63,884 nt of DNA, filler included, from Choristocarpus tenellus KU-1152 (GCA_964200185.2; 12 parts of 12 records of this genome joined end to end with filler, not necessarily neighbours in it), one strand, 5' to 3'. Positions 39,720 to 52,661 are shown, counted from the first letter of the whole stretch. Notes: a model not told the origin generated them from the sequence alone. A program made the numbers and translations.

Positions 39720-39985
39720 ACGCATAAACTTCTTCCCAAATGGCAGCATAAGGGACACATTGAATCCATCTCATGCATGAGTGAGGAGAATGACTACTTG
39801 CCAGGGGGGAAATCAGTGACCAGGAGAACAGTGGGAGCATGGATCAGGGTGACTGCAGCATCGCTGACTGACAACTCAAGGAAGCGCTGCCTTTGCTCAT
39901 GTTTATTTCTTCCCTCTTGTCAGGGGAGGCTAACCACCCAACATGCCACACTGTAACCCTGAGTTGCCCTGGCTGTGGGGTAGAA
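39720..39985 (-). pseudogene. Decayed tandem duplicate of the ALKBH6-like 3' end
   Basis: Aligns with 40025-40300 (e.g. CTGACTGACAACTCAA(G/A)GAAGCGCTGCCTT) with substitutions and an internal deletion. Confidence 0.85.
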
Positions 39986-40069
39986 AAATCAAACCGCTAT
40001 CACTCAGCATGATTAATGCCATGCTCAAAATTCTTCTGAAATACATGCATAGGGATTGCATCAATTCTG

Positions 40070-40911
40070 CTACATGCATGAATGTGAAGAACGACTACTT
40101 GTCAGGGAAAAGGCATTGGCTGGGGTGACAGCAGGTGATGGGATTGGGGCAACTGCAGCATCACTGACTGACAACTCAAAGAAGCGCTGCCTTCGCTCAC
40201 GTTCATTTCTTCCCTCTTGACTCTCGATCACAGAGTCAGGGGAGGCTAACCGCCCAACACACCGAACCGTGAAGCTGAGTCGCCTTGGCTCCAGGGTAGT
40301 CTGTCTTGGCTTTAGAACAGTGTCTTTTCTTTCCCTCTTCCCATCTTGCTGTGCACTGTTTGTGATTGCTGACAAACTGTTTTCTCCCTGCTCCTCATTG
40401 CCCTCTTTACACACACAATTTCCACTTGAGCCTTCAGGTTGGTCAAGGTCATAGATGCGATTCTTGTCCGTTCCTTCTTCTTCAACTCTTGCCACAATAC
40501 CATGCCAAAGGTTATGATACGCCTCCCCCTCAAATACCACAAGACTGCAGTCCTCACAGAGTACAGACGCAACAGCTCGTGGGCTTACAGGAGTGACTTG
40601 TGGCAAACCTTCTCTCCCTAACCCACCATCACCATTCCAGTCCTCCTCGGGTACCCCTTTCAATGGCGCTGAGCAGTCCGCTTTGGCATCTTCAAGCGAT
40701 GCCCAAAATTCCAAACGAGCAGCGCTACCAAGGCTAAGTATCGCAACCCGGCCCTCATAGAGGGAACCATCCTTGTGGGGGCCTATTCCCTGCCCACCCG
40801 TGTACTCATTGAGAAGAATGTGGTTCGGTGTGCCAGAGGAGGAGGAGGAGGACAAGGTTTGTTCTCCTTCCCTACAAGTAAATACATCTGACTGCACCAG
40901 TGAGTCACACA
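40070..40911 (-). CDS. ALKBH6: AlkB homolog 6-like 2OG-Fe(II) dioxygenase, last exon
   Basis: PNHILLNEYTGGQGIGPHKDGSLY (HxD), AILSLGS, SLVVFEGEAYHNLWHGI (distal His), RRLSFTVR (RxxxxxR). The acceptor is at 40911 or 40871; the ORF's N-terminal part beyond that is intron or repeat. Confidence 0.88.
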
Positions 40912-41190
40912 CTTTGTTTTTTGATAGAGTAAAGAAAAATATTTTTTTGTTTTGTGTATGTTTTTGAGCGTGCCAGTCAGAGTGCCAGTCAGAGATAGAT
41001 GGCATAGCATCATTGAAAAATCGAATTTTAAAAAAGGAGGGATCCACGATTTGGGAACCAGTCAAGCGAGGCAATTGTAGCAATTCGGGAGGGGGGGGGA
41101 GGGGGGGGGGAAAGTAAGCACTGGTGGGAAGTGGGGAGGATCGATCTAATTCCGGGTCTGGCACTTCATTCTTACCAAACATGGACTTCT

Positions 41191-41290
41191 NNNNNNNNNN
41201 NNNNNNNNNNNNNNNNNNNNNNNNNNNNNNNNNNTTAATTAATTAANNNNNNNNNNNNNNNNNNNNNNNNNNNNNNNNNNNNNNNNNNNN
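41191..41290. other. Artificial contig spacer
   Basis: N44-TTAATTAATTAA-N44. Confidence 0.99.
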
Positions 41291-41358
41291 AAAAATCGCG
41301 ACATGAAAAAATTGACCCCAAATGGACAGCCGCCACCCCCTCCCAGATACTTTGAGCC
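41291..41358 (+). mobile_element. MITE family B, 3' end at contig start
   Basis: CCCCAAATGGACAGCC...CCCAGATACTTTGAGCC. Confidence 0.88.
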
Positions 41359-42544
41359 ATTTTTGTTTTTCGAAGTTGCATTTCGAGGCAGTCCATGGCA
41401 GGATATGCCCACTCTTGTAATAGTAACATATATGTAGTGCTACATCACTCAAACTAAGCTACGTGAAAAGCTGGTAAGGTTTAAACTATTTCTTCGACAT
41501 GTATAATATTTTATCGTTAGAGTGTATTATTTGTTATTTGTAGTATTTGTTGACTTTAATTTAGTAGTCACTCCAGGTATTCACTAGTGATAGCGTCAAT
41601 ACAATTGATAGGGCATATAACCTTTTTTATTGGCATCTTCTGTTCCCCGTGGTCATTCATCTACATGGGGCAACACAAATGCCCAGATTGATATTCACAG
41701 GATTATGTGCAAAACTCATGAACCTATTCATCGTATCCTTCACCCCAATGGATTCCTTCGCACATTCTCATTGTCTACTTCTCTTCCTTCCGCTTCTTTG
41801 GCCTATTGGGAATGGAGCAGGTGCTTGTGCAGGATGTACGGAGTGTTCATCAGGGGCGAGGCAGGGCTAGCAATGAGTTGTATGCTTGCAGATTTGACGG
41901 AATCCTTCTTCATTTCCGTACTACGGTGGAAGAAATCCATGTAGTATCTGCTGAATGAGGCATCCTGATAGCCCAATTAGTTGTGTAGGAATTCAAAAAT
42001 TACTAGGGCCAGCGACACGTTGTCTGAGAGACGAGTTTGACCCTCATTATAAGATGCTCTACTCTCTCGTTGTCCAGGTGCGCCTTGTGGTCTGAGCTGG
42101 AAATGCCAGGCCGATGGGCAACGCAGGGCCTAAAACACTCCTAATGTTATTTTCTCATTTCTCGATCGCCTTCTTCATCATATGCTTCAAGCAGCAGTAT
42201 AGCCGCAACATGTGCATCTAGGAACTTAGAATGGAGTGGTATGGTGATGAGTTCACCTGCCCCTACAGTAGTATCTCCTTAACCTTGAGGTAGAGATTAA
42301 ATATGCTTGCTCATCCTCCTTTTCAAAAGAATAGAAAAATCGACAAAATCAAAATGAATTATGGGAGTGACTTAGTCATTTGTCCCACCATCAGTGGCAC
42401 CACTATTCATAGGTAGCCTACTGGCCATGTTATTGCAGTGGGAGCTTCATCCCCTTCCACATACTGTTGTCAATGCACCAGCAGGCTTGTGGTCTCACTT
42501 CCATTGGCTGAACTCGTGGTGCTTACAAGTTGCAGCACCCATTA

Positions 42545-42803
42545 GGGTGAAAGTATCTCATATGGTACGAGTTTTGCCCTGTTTGCCCGTTTGGGGCTTG
42601 GCTTCCCACAGGTTATTTTATGACATTTTACCAACTCCGAAATATTTCAGAGTAGGTAAAATGTTTACGTTACGAAATGGTGTGTCTGGAACAAGGATAC
42701 TGACACTTCCTAATAAACATGATAGCCAATTTTCATCAAGATCGCAACATTGGATTTTGGCCCTCAAATGGACACGGCTCTACCCTCTAAGATACTTTGA
42801 CTC
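42545..42803 (-). mobile_element. MITE family A, full length
   Basis: GGGTGAAAGTATCTC... / ...TACCCTCTAAGATACTTTGACTC; TSD ATTA on both sides. Confidence 0.95.
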
Positions 42804-42949
42804 ATTATTGTTCCTTTAAGTACGGGGTTTGTAATTTTCCAAAGTAGTTACCTGTCAGTAGGTTATTTACTTGTCTTCAACGTAACAAGCATATCTACAA
42901 CTAATCACTGGACATCAATCTGTCAATACATCTGGTATATGATGTTACA

Positions 42950-43330
42950 CATAAAGCACACAAACATAATCTTCTGACAACAGAACATACACTGGTTTAC
43001 CAGTCACTCTATTATCTACTCCACCAGTGGTGTATATAGTGTATCCGCAGCACTGTCCACAGATACAACGTTCACCATGCCAGATGGTGCAAAACCCATT
43101 ATAGAAAATCCATCTTGAGGTGATACCCCTAGCGCCAAATAGTTTAATCCTAAACCTCCCTTTCCGCTTGCTGTTCTCGACAACATGAGCCCCACAAAAC
43201 GCTCTCATTCGCTTCATCAATCCCCCATACCCTCATCAACACATCCCGTACATTTCCAAGCAGTCTTCAGGTACTAACTCAGGAGAAAACCGATATTAAC
43301 ACAGAACAAATTCTGCGGTGATATGTAAGG
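42950..43330 (-). mobile_element. Possible piggyBac transposase remnant
   Basis: GIDEA / MRAFCG...KGRFRIKLFG...WIFYN resembles the IDExMxxFxG...KxGxKxF...YxYN segment; frameshifted. Confidence 0.4.
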
Positions 43331-43406
43331 GTGCTAAATCCGACAGGCCGAGCAGTACTTCCTAATAGTAAAACACGTAATCCTTAGTGTGTTTTCACCC
43401 ACTACT

Positions 43407-43664
43407 GAGCCAAAGTAAACGAGAGGTACCCAGATTTTGGGCGTTTTGTATTGTAAGCAAGTTATTCAATCTCTTAAAGTTCACCCATATTTCTATGGTT
43501 GAAGTGCTAATATTGACTTGAGAGGGTTTATTTCTCTGTTGTTTGAAACATTTCCATAAAATTAGGAAAATATACTATACACCTTTGAACCAAAAGCCGA
43601 TTTTTGCACATATTTGGCATTATCCTTAAAATGCAACTTCGGGCACCTCTCGTTTACTTTGACT
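43407..43664 (+). mobile_element. MITE family D (~258 bp), full length
   Basis: TIRs GAGCCAAAGTAAACGAGAGGTACCC / GGGCACCTCTCGTTTACTTTGACT; flanks TACT/TACT if the terminal C was lost. Confidence 0.9.
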
Positions 43665-44149
43665 TACTTCACCTATGCCAGGACTTCATTCCAAGTCATA
43701 CTTGTAATTTATTCGGTTGACTACAGGCCAAGAACAGTGCATATAAGGGTTTCAGAACACCCTAAGACTGGTATGCGAGGTGAGCTCTCCAATCCTGCAC
43801 GTGCCTCTCAACAGTTCCCACACCAAAACACGCCCCAATAGGCTACACAAAGAACTTTTGCCATAGGTTGGAGACACGCACAGGCTGTAAATCTAGCTCA
43901 AGGGAATATTGGTTATCGAGCCTGTCAATGCGATCGGGGAAGGTTCTTTCTTCCGTGAGTAAAATAGTGATATGTCCTAGCACAACAATGATCCGTTGAT
44001 GCTCCTGCATCAACCTATAGCCCTGCGTCTGAGCTTCATTTCAAGCCACATCACACCCAATTCGGTAGAGTACATGGTGTGAACTCAGCACAACCAAACT
44101 ATGAAAGGTATGTGGAGAAGTGTTCCAAATAGTCCTAGCCCTACTCTAT

Positions 44150-44510
44150 TTCGTCCACTACAATGAATGTGCATGTGTTCTGATCTGCTCGGACTGCCTG
44201 AGCTGCTGTTACAGATCCCCTGGAATACCACACAAATCCATGAAGCTCTTTGTGCTCCCAATTTTTTCAAGGTTGTTTTCCAGGCTCATCCATCAGTTCT
44301 CCAGTCCACCTTGCTTATGTTAATCTTCAAGTTCCCGACGCATCACTTTCGGGAGTTGCTCATCTCCCATGCGTGCAACTAATCCTGTGAACTGGAATAT
44401 CTGTTTTCGCACAGTTTAGCTTAATGCTCATAAGGACAGTCTTCACAAAGGTATCTTTGTAGGACAATGTGTGATTGCAGCGTTCCCGTTAGTGAAATTC
44501 AATGCAACGT
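44150..44510 (-). mobile_element. RTE LINE C-terminal remnant
   Basis: Hand translation gives HTLSYKD...FQFTGLVARMGDEQLPKVM, the RMxxxRLPK motif of RTE elements. Confidence 0.7.
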
Positions 44511-44548
44511 AGGAGGATTTTTTGGTGGTGATGATATGAGTGAGGCTT

Positions 44549-44592
44549 GGCTCAAAGTATGTGGGGGGGGGGTGTCGGCGTCCGTTTTTCAC
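44549..44592. mobile_element. B-related MITE end at contig end
   Basis: GGCTCAAAGTATGTGGGGGG...CGTCCGTTTTT, similar to the reverse complement of the outer right end at 23885-23931. Confidence 0.8.
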
Positions 44593-44692
44593 NNNNNNNN
44601 NNNNNNNNNNNNNNNNNNNNNNNNNNNNNNNNNNNNTTAATTAATTAANNNNNNNNNNNNNNNNNNNNNNNNNNNNNNNNNNNNNNNNNNNN
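44593..44692. other. Artificial contig spacer
   Basis: N44-TTAATTAATTAA-N44. Confidence 0.99.
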
Positions 44693-45221
44693 ATTACTCA
44701 GAGGTTGTCTTGTTCTAGCCCCGCTTGTCCCGTACCAACAGCCTCAGGTTTTCCTTACGTTCTGACCATTCCTTCTTACCTCGTCCCTCCACCTACCACC
44801 CATTCTATATATCTTCTCTCCTACCTCTTCTGCCTTCCAGCCACTCAGTACTTAACTCTTCGTCCACCCTTCGATATTTTTCTTTTTCCCTCATTAACCC
44901 TCCCTTCCCTGTACGTCAGGCCTACCAGAATCCTCCCCCCCACAAAACTCAGATTACTTCATTAACTTCCCCTTTAATTTCAATTTCAAGACATCACTGT
45001 ACGGAAGCACAGACTTGTGGTCAAAAGTCGCACTTTATGCGCGTTTAGTGAATGCCGAGATGAGGTGTGTAACGCCATAATTTACCCTTCCTAATTTTGT
45101 CCAACAAATAAATGCACGGTGTACTCCTTATAATCACTTCCCGCATCGCCGACTGCCTCGTCATAGGTAAGACATCCTGGTATAATGAAGTTCAGAGCAC
45201 CAGCCGTTCATTAATTTGGAT

Positions 45222-47619
45222 ATGGAACTGCTCGTGGAACAAAGGAAGAAGGGGTGTATCTCCCAGGAAGAATTTTTTGTTCGACTCAATGAACTGCGCA
45301 GAGCTAGTCTTGCTAGCGAAGAGGGCCAAGAGGAGGGGGGAATCACTCATAAGAATCACAGGTCGTTCACGGGTCTAACTAGCCCTCTGTATGATAGAAA
45401 TCATCAACAATACAGAGGGGAGGACACGGGTTCGATCAACGTGTCAACTACATTTCGTGATGACCAAGGAATAGGCTTCGGAGGAACTGACCTTGCCATG
45501 GTATTTGGTAATACTCCGCAACAACATCATGAGAAGGAGGGAAGTGATTTGACAGAGAACCCTACAGTTTATTGTGACAGGTTTGAGGTACGCTTGCGAG
45601 GAGGTGCCATCGCCAATGTCTGTTGTGAAGCTCAAGGACAACACCAAAAAAAGGAGAAGGGTTGTACCGACACCCCAACCATTTCATGTGAGGAGCTGAG
45701 AATAGATTCGAAAACAATAGCCAGCGCCAATGGCAATGTGCAGCAAAGAGCTGTCTCAAGTCCTTCGACACAGAAATCTGAACGCAATGAATCAAATGGG
45801 ATTGGCGCCCTCGGAATGAACAACTCTGGGAATCCTTCGACCAAGGAGAATGATCAAGAGCAAGACATGAGATGCAAAGGGCAATCCTATCCCAACCAAG
45901 TAACCAACCTGGAGAATGCATTCGTAAACGAACGTCTCCCTAAAGAACAGGAGACAGCAAATGCACTACCCTCTCAACGAATTGAGCATAGGGGGGAAGA
46001 AGTGAGGCCTGTCTGTCTAAAAAGAAGGGCACAGTCGGCACCGCCAGGTGGAAGACGACCTACTGCAAGAGTATTATCTGGTGCAGAAGGGGTTACAACT
46101 GATGACTTTGGATCTGTACCGACTGAACGGACGAACTCAACCATCCGAGACCAGTTCAGACTCTCATGCTGTCATGTTTCAGCGCAGCAATTCTTCCAGA
46201 AGCATGAACGTAGATACCACGAACGTCTGTCCATGTTAACAAAAAGTCCATGCAGGGGGCATTGTCACAGTGACTATTGCAACATTTCCAAAGATTTGAT
46301 GCGCCCAGCAAAGTGTGTTCCAGACATCCCTCACTCCTGTACTAGAAGTGGGAAAAGCAAATCAAGGAAACGGGAGAGCAATAGTTCTACTATAGATGGA
46401 GAAAAATTGAATGATGACAATCTCTCCCACGAAGTCAAGCAAGCTCTCTCTGATGGCCACTGTGACCAGTTTGAGTCTAGTTCATTGCACCTGTCTAAGA
46501 GTGGGGTACATGTCCGACCTCAGCTAGAAACGACCTGCAGTATTTGTTGTGTTGGTTGTTGTCCACCTAGCAGCACTAGGGAGAGCTGTGTGGAGACAGT
46601 AGGGACGAGGAGAGAACCCATCAAACACTACCAACACGACTATTATTTTCAGGAGAAGGGAGACTTGGGAGGACCTAGCTCCTTGTCCTTACAACTCACA
46701 ACCAAGGGGTTACCGGTCTTCGATCGCTCTAGGATCAGGAAGCTCCCATTCCATCATTCAGGCTGGAATTCGGAGGAGGAGTGTGGGAGAGAGAATTCCA
46801 TGTATGATAGGAGCACTCGGTGGTTGGCCAGAGCTGAGGGTCAGAGGTGAGATGAGTGTCCCTATTTTGTCTCTTATCATACTAATTTGATTTTGTGATA
46901 TTCGCCCTCTTTTTTTCAAGGCTTCTATTTTTCTTTGATTAAGATTACCTCTCACCATCCCCTTCCAGAGCCAAGAAAAGAGAGGCGCAGAAAGTACAAG
47001 AATTGGAAGGTTGTACATTTCAACCTACCATATGGGATTCCTCTCGTAGAAAAGGAAGGGTTGGAAATAGACGGGGACCTACTGCCAAGAGATCAAGTGA
47101 AGGTAAAGGGGACAGCCAAGGAGACCTGACCTCTAACAGCCATCCAGTGGGGGAACGTTTGTTCTTGGGAGCAAAGATTCTCCAGGATAGGCGCAGAGAG
47201 AGGGAGGAACGTAAGAGAATGGGAGAGGAGGAAGAGTCCATGAGGACATGTCCATTTAAGGTGTGAAAGCTCCTCGAATGACATTTTTATGTGAAGATGA
47301 TAAGAACAATTTTATAGCTACGATGGAATTCATTAAATAGCGTTCCATGCTCTGTCAAGTTTTGGATAGGTATAGACCGTTCTCTGAACTGCACTACTTC
47401 TGAAAGAAAAAGAGGTGTTATCGCACCATCATATCTTTAGAAATTAATCAGTCTGTGCATATTGTTTTCTTTACCCCTTGGGTGCAGCCCTGCCTCACAC
47501 AAGGTCGGAGGTCTTGGACTTGGAATTCCAGTCCTGTCCGTGCAAAGTATATGGATAACCTTGGTACCACGGCCTCCCCAGTTCCTCACCTGGAAAAGAA
47601 CTGCACCTTCGCTCCAAAG
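45222..47619 (+). CDS. Hypothetical protein with C-(T/P)-F-x-P repeats, partial (exons ~45222-46846, 46969-47260, 47488-47619)
   Basis: 544-codon ORF. GT-AG introns keep the frame (phase 2, then phase 0). Repeats ELEGCTFQP, MRTCPFK|P and EKNCTFAPK. Start is uncertain and the gene continues past the contig end. Confidence 0.8.
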
Positions 47620-47796
47620 GTATTTCAAGCACCATAGCTTTTTTTCATCATGAATATGCCACATTTCAATATGTGAAGAGAGTGCTTACTAAGACTGGAA
47701 GGGACTATGTGAAACATATACATCTATCACTCCTTTACATATCATTTTATCCTCCTCACCGCCCTCTACTCACAGGATTGACCCAAAGTATCTGGG

Positions 47797-47896
47797 NNNN
47801 NNNNNNNNNNNNNNNNNNNNNNNNNNNNNNNNNNNNNNNNTTAATTAATTAANNNNNNNNNNNNNNNNNNNNNNNNNNNNNNNNNNNNNNNNNNNN
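47797..47896. other. Artificial contig spacer
   Basis: N44-TTAATTAATTAA-N44. Confidence 0.99.
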
Positions 47897-47947
47897 CACA
47901 AATGGACAAACAGGGAAAAATTCGTACCCTCTAAGATAGTTTCACTC
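47897..47947 (+). mobile_element. MITE family A, 3' end at contig start
   Basis: CAAATGGACAAACAGGG...TACCCTCTAAGATAGTTTCACTC. Confidence 0.85.
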
Positions 47948-49689
47948 ACCTCCTAACAACCTGAATATATATTACACCCACTCATTGCACCCCTAGCAGC
48001 CAACCTCGACTGGGCTCATCATCCACTCATCACCACCTCCACCACTAACATAACAAGAGGCAGAGGCATCATCCCCCCAGGAACAGTCACAACAGCTTCT
48101 GCTAAGACAAGACTACAGGCAGTGCTCGGCCACTCTTAAAGAGAGGGAACACGGCCGGTATCATACGATCCACAGCACTTACTTCAGTCACCTTATATAT
48201 AGGGACATACTCAAATGCAACTACACCTCATCAATACAACTCAATTTTGTCTCCTAGACGTGTGGGACAGCAGACAGCAAGTCCCCACCTGTGCACCCTA
48301 CAGAGAGCCACAAGTCAACCAAACACATGCCACCACAAGATCACACCTTCCTGACCAATACAACAACCAAACAACTTAATAATATCCTTTGAGGGGGATG
48401 AACACATCGCCTATCTCTTGTAGTAATAGTATGGACGGTAACCACATGCACTACTAATGGTAACAATCACGAATAGTGGGGGTCTCTTCAACATAAGAGT
48501 TCAGTTACTAACCCTTTGGTGCATTGGAGGGGAAGAAGCAGCAGACCATCAAGATAACCCTCCACTTCAGCGCACTTTAGTCCAGAGGCTCTATGACTGC
48601 ACCGCCAATCAACATCACGTTGATTGCCAAGCTACTACTCCATATTTCCCCTCTTGCATTACCAGTCGAAGGAAGCGACCTCTTACCCCTCATCATACAA
48701 CTGACACAGACACAAAAAACTAGAAAAAAAAAGCACAAGCTAAAAGAATATTCAATGGAACAACTGTCCAACCTCCATACAAAAAAAAAAACACATTCTT
48801 TTCATCAGTCTTAGAATCACAGCCACCACGGCGTAGCCTTCACATGGTCTCCTTCATTGGCAGTGGGATTCATGGGGCTGAAAACCTTCATGGCATGGCG
48901 ACAAACACGCCTTCCAGACTCTAATGGCCGCGCTTGTGAACAATGCCACACCCCAGGTCAAACCATGTAAGTTGGAACCTCTGTTCAAGAGTACCACGTG
49001 CCCGCACAAGCTAATTTCTACTGGAGTCAATTCACATCACCATCAACCACCCCTAGCCCAATACACCGCCTTCCACGTTTCAATAAATCTACATGCCTTG
49101 GCGATTGCCTCACCCTCAGGCGTTCACCTGTAGACCCCAAACGAATTAGAAGTGGAGAGAGCAGATAAGAAAGGATTCCTTTGCTAAGCAATAAGAGAGT
49201 AAGGGAACCAGGTCAAAATCGACTTGAGTCGGTAAACCTCCACCTCACCATGCACTATCCGTAGTCAAAAACTATTGTCAACTTCAACTACACCATTCCT
49301 GCAAAGTACATTTTTAGAACGCGACCACGGTTCTTCTACCGCCGCAAGTCCTTTTCCATCTAATTGATTTTTCTGTTCTTTTTGAAAGACCCGCTTGTTC
49401 GTTCCATGTAATTGGGTGCAAAAACAATAAAAGTTTTTGAGGAGACACAAGAGAGAGAGGGAGAGAGGGCTGCCACACTGCATACAAGCACACACACCCA
49501 CACATCCACAAACACCCTCTCCCCCCCAAAAAATCACAACTACCAACAAGAGCTGCATAACTACTATAATTATTGCATCACAGCATATATCACCCAACAA
49601 CAACAAAGCATGTCAACTCTTGTTCACCTCCACCCCCTGCACTTCACCAACGCAATGCTGCTCGCGACCAGGTTCAAACTCAAACACTC

Positions 49690-52252
49690 TCACCTATTCC
49701 TATCCACCTCAAAGGAGGAGTGGTCTGGACATTTGAAAAGGTCAGGGAAAGCGAAGTGCACGGTGACAGCAGGTGCCATACCGTGTGTCAGCTCCATCGT
49801 GTGAGCCATCCGCATAGCCTCTGCTTCCAACGACTGCCTTCGGAGGAGTTCCTTGAGAAGCTCCTTATGTTCCGCAATAACCTTCAATTTGAATTCCAGG
49901 AAGGCATTATCGAGAAAGCCACAGCAAATAATAATTAAAAAAGCTAAATATTTTTTTGACCGAAAAAAGCATTGGGTTCGGCTGTGCTTTTCGAGTCTTG
50001 TAAAGGGGTCAGGGTTTTTCAATTTTTGATCAGTTAGAAGGGAGATGAAGACATGAGAAAAAAAAAACCTATCAATAAAGATGACTTCACATGCCTTAGA
50101 ATATTATTCCAAGACAGGTTGAAAGTTAAAAACTCTCAAGTAGGAACAAAAAGGAGGGATCTAAAACACAAAAGAGTCCTAGTCTGAGCAGACCCAACCT
50201 TTCGCTGATATGTCATTCAAAACGAAAAACATCCTACCCATGTATGAACATTATCAATAATAATAATAATAATACTATCAGACTCAACTCTAACTAACCC
50301 AATTGAGAGGATGAAAAAAAAAGTAACATGCATGATCAAGATTTTCTGTAATAAAAAAAGAGATCAATTCAGTATTTTGATGACACACCTTATCTCTCTG
50401 CTGTTGGGCAGTTCGCTCAGCCTCTCTGGTGGCAACACTGCTCACAGGGGCTGGGGCCTGGTCCACAACAAAAATACAGTCAAGTTAAAACTTTGAGATG
50501 ATAGCACGTTGAGTGTTTAAAACAGGATTTCTAACACAGAAGGCGTACTTGTAGAGTGCCACGGGCAACACCTGACCAACACGTAAGCACGACAGACTGA
50601 TTTGTTGTATATTAGTATATTATGACAAAGCTGTCCCGAGAGGGTGGAGATGTGTAGATTATGACAAAGCAAAGCAAAGCAGGTTGTTGGTGTTGGTGAT
50701 GGTGGTGTTGTTATTGTTGTTGTTGTTGTTTGAGGTGGATCGATGTACGCCAAATATGGCGGTACAGTCTCTCTCCAGGGGTAAAGGGAAGGTAGGAGGA
50801 GGGGGAGGGGGAGGGGGAACACAAGACCTTAGAAATCAATTGAATGAAATATGACTTGAAAAACAAAGCAACGACCACCGGAAACCAAGGAAAATGGTAA
50901 GGCAAAAATTGTTTCTCCTTAACCCTAAGATTGAGAGGAATGGAATCAACTGAAAATAGTACCATAATCCCTTGCAAAATGACCAATTGAGCAACAAATG
51001 CAATGCAACGAAGATATATCTCTGCTTGGGGTTAGGGTTAGGGTTAGGGAGGGATAGGTTGCATGTTGACAGCACACAAAATACCTAACCATGAGCTTCC
51101 TACGCCATACCTGTGAATGCTTCGTCCATGGGCGGCCCCGAAGAAAGAAATGCTTCTTGGCTGCAGAGAGTCCATTCCACACCTCCATCCCCGCTAGTGT
51201 AACCATCTCCTTCAGCTCAATTCGGTCTTGGGTATCAGAAAAAAAAAATACAAATGGTACTTCATTATTATTATTATTATTGGGGGTATGTATGTGACTG
51301 GGTGCATATGAATAGAGTAAAGTAGGGTAGTAATGTTGTGGATTCAAAATTAAGGTACAGTTTACCCTTTGCATGCTCCTCAATAAAACAAATTCGAATT
51401 TGAAGCAATTAACCTCATCTCCATTCCCACCCCCATACTACAAATAACATCAACACTTCAAAATCCCTGATATCCTCTCCTCCCCCCTAGGTAAACAGTC
51501 TCACCTAGAGCAGACAAGAACTGTCTCCTGAAGAGGTCATGTTCACTGAAAAAAAAACTTGCCAATTCATTCCTCTCCAAGCAATGATCACGGTGAATCC
51601 CTTCTAGAACAGACCCCCCCAACTCTCCCCTTCCTTCCCCATCCCCCAGCAATCCTGTTGGTGCTGCAGGGGTGGAGATGACCCCCTCCCATGGTGGTAC
51701 AACAACACGGAGCCCTGACTCCATACCCGCCTCCTCTACTGTCAAAACCTTTTCAGCAGCTGCATCTCCTCCAGCCTCGGACATCACGCCGCCAAAGTAC
51801 TTGAGGTTGTCATGACAGGTCTCATCAAGGCAGCTGCCATTGACGCTACTTTTCTTTGTGTTCTCAGCAGCCTCTGCATCTCCTACACCAACAGTTTTAT
51901 CCCTCAGAGCTACACCAACGCCCTTGTGGTCCCCATCTCCTACACCAGCATCACACCCTGTGCAATCATTGCGCTCACCCACCTTCTCAACAATTTCACA
52001 ATCAATGCCTTGTTGACAATCCTTTACCAACAAATTTGCTGACTTCTCACTCAACAACGACCTCTCGCTTGATGCTTCTACATCAAAAGTAACAGAGGTG
52101 TTGTCACCAACATTGCTGACAGCTGTCTGTGGAGGGCATTGATGTGGGCTGCTGGCGGCAGTAGTAGTGTTTGGGGTAACTGATGGATGGTGGAGTTGCC
52201 TCACATCTTCCAGCCACATTTTCCGGGCCTTCTCCAGAGACAAAGCAGGGAT
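49690..52252 (-). CDS. Hypothetical protein, 3' exons (52252-51505, 51226-51111, 50457-50389, 49881-49690)
   Basis: Phase-compatible GT-AG junctions give ...FLSAL-D-RIELKE...KHSQ|APAP...RDK|VIAEHKELL...PDLF. An extra exon near 50750 cannot be excluded. Confidence 0.72.
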
Positions 52253-52580
52253 CTGAGAAAGGCAGTTCAAAAGGACAAAAAATTAAAAAAAACACTCAAT
52301 ACGCAAACAAAAACTTGCTTGTTCAAAAAAAATTTAAAATTGCTGCTGCGTTTGTCAAACCACTTACACCACAACAATAGGTGAGCACAGAAAAACCACC
52401 CTAACCCTAACCACAAACTTGAAAAAAAAAAAATCCTCTCCACACCCTCAATCACTATGATAGGTATCCATCCACACTCAAGGACTGTGCCACTCTGTTG
52501 CAACCTAACCTACCCGCAGCACCACCACTATTCAACGGAAACACCCACAACTGCACGATTTGCCCTTTTACCCCACACAA

Positions 52581-52629
<49 letters not shown>

Positions 52630-52661
52630 ACCCACCACCCCCCCCCCCCCCCCCCCCCAAC

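Noticed and set aside
40912-41182. N-terminal part of the 370-aa ORF as ALKBH6 coding sequence
   Set aside because: Low-complexity, contains a polypyrimidine tract and repeat-like DNA; most likely intron read-through.
42394-42819. Recurring short ORFs such as ESILEGTSFALFVHLGLGF as a peptide family
   Set aside because: They are chance translations of MITE family A; frames and stops differ between copies.
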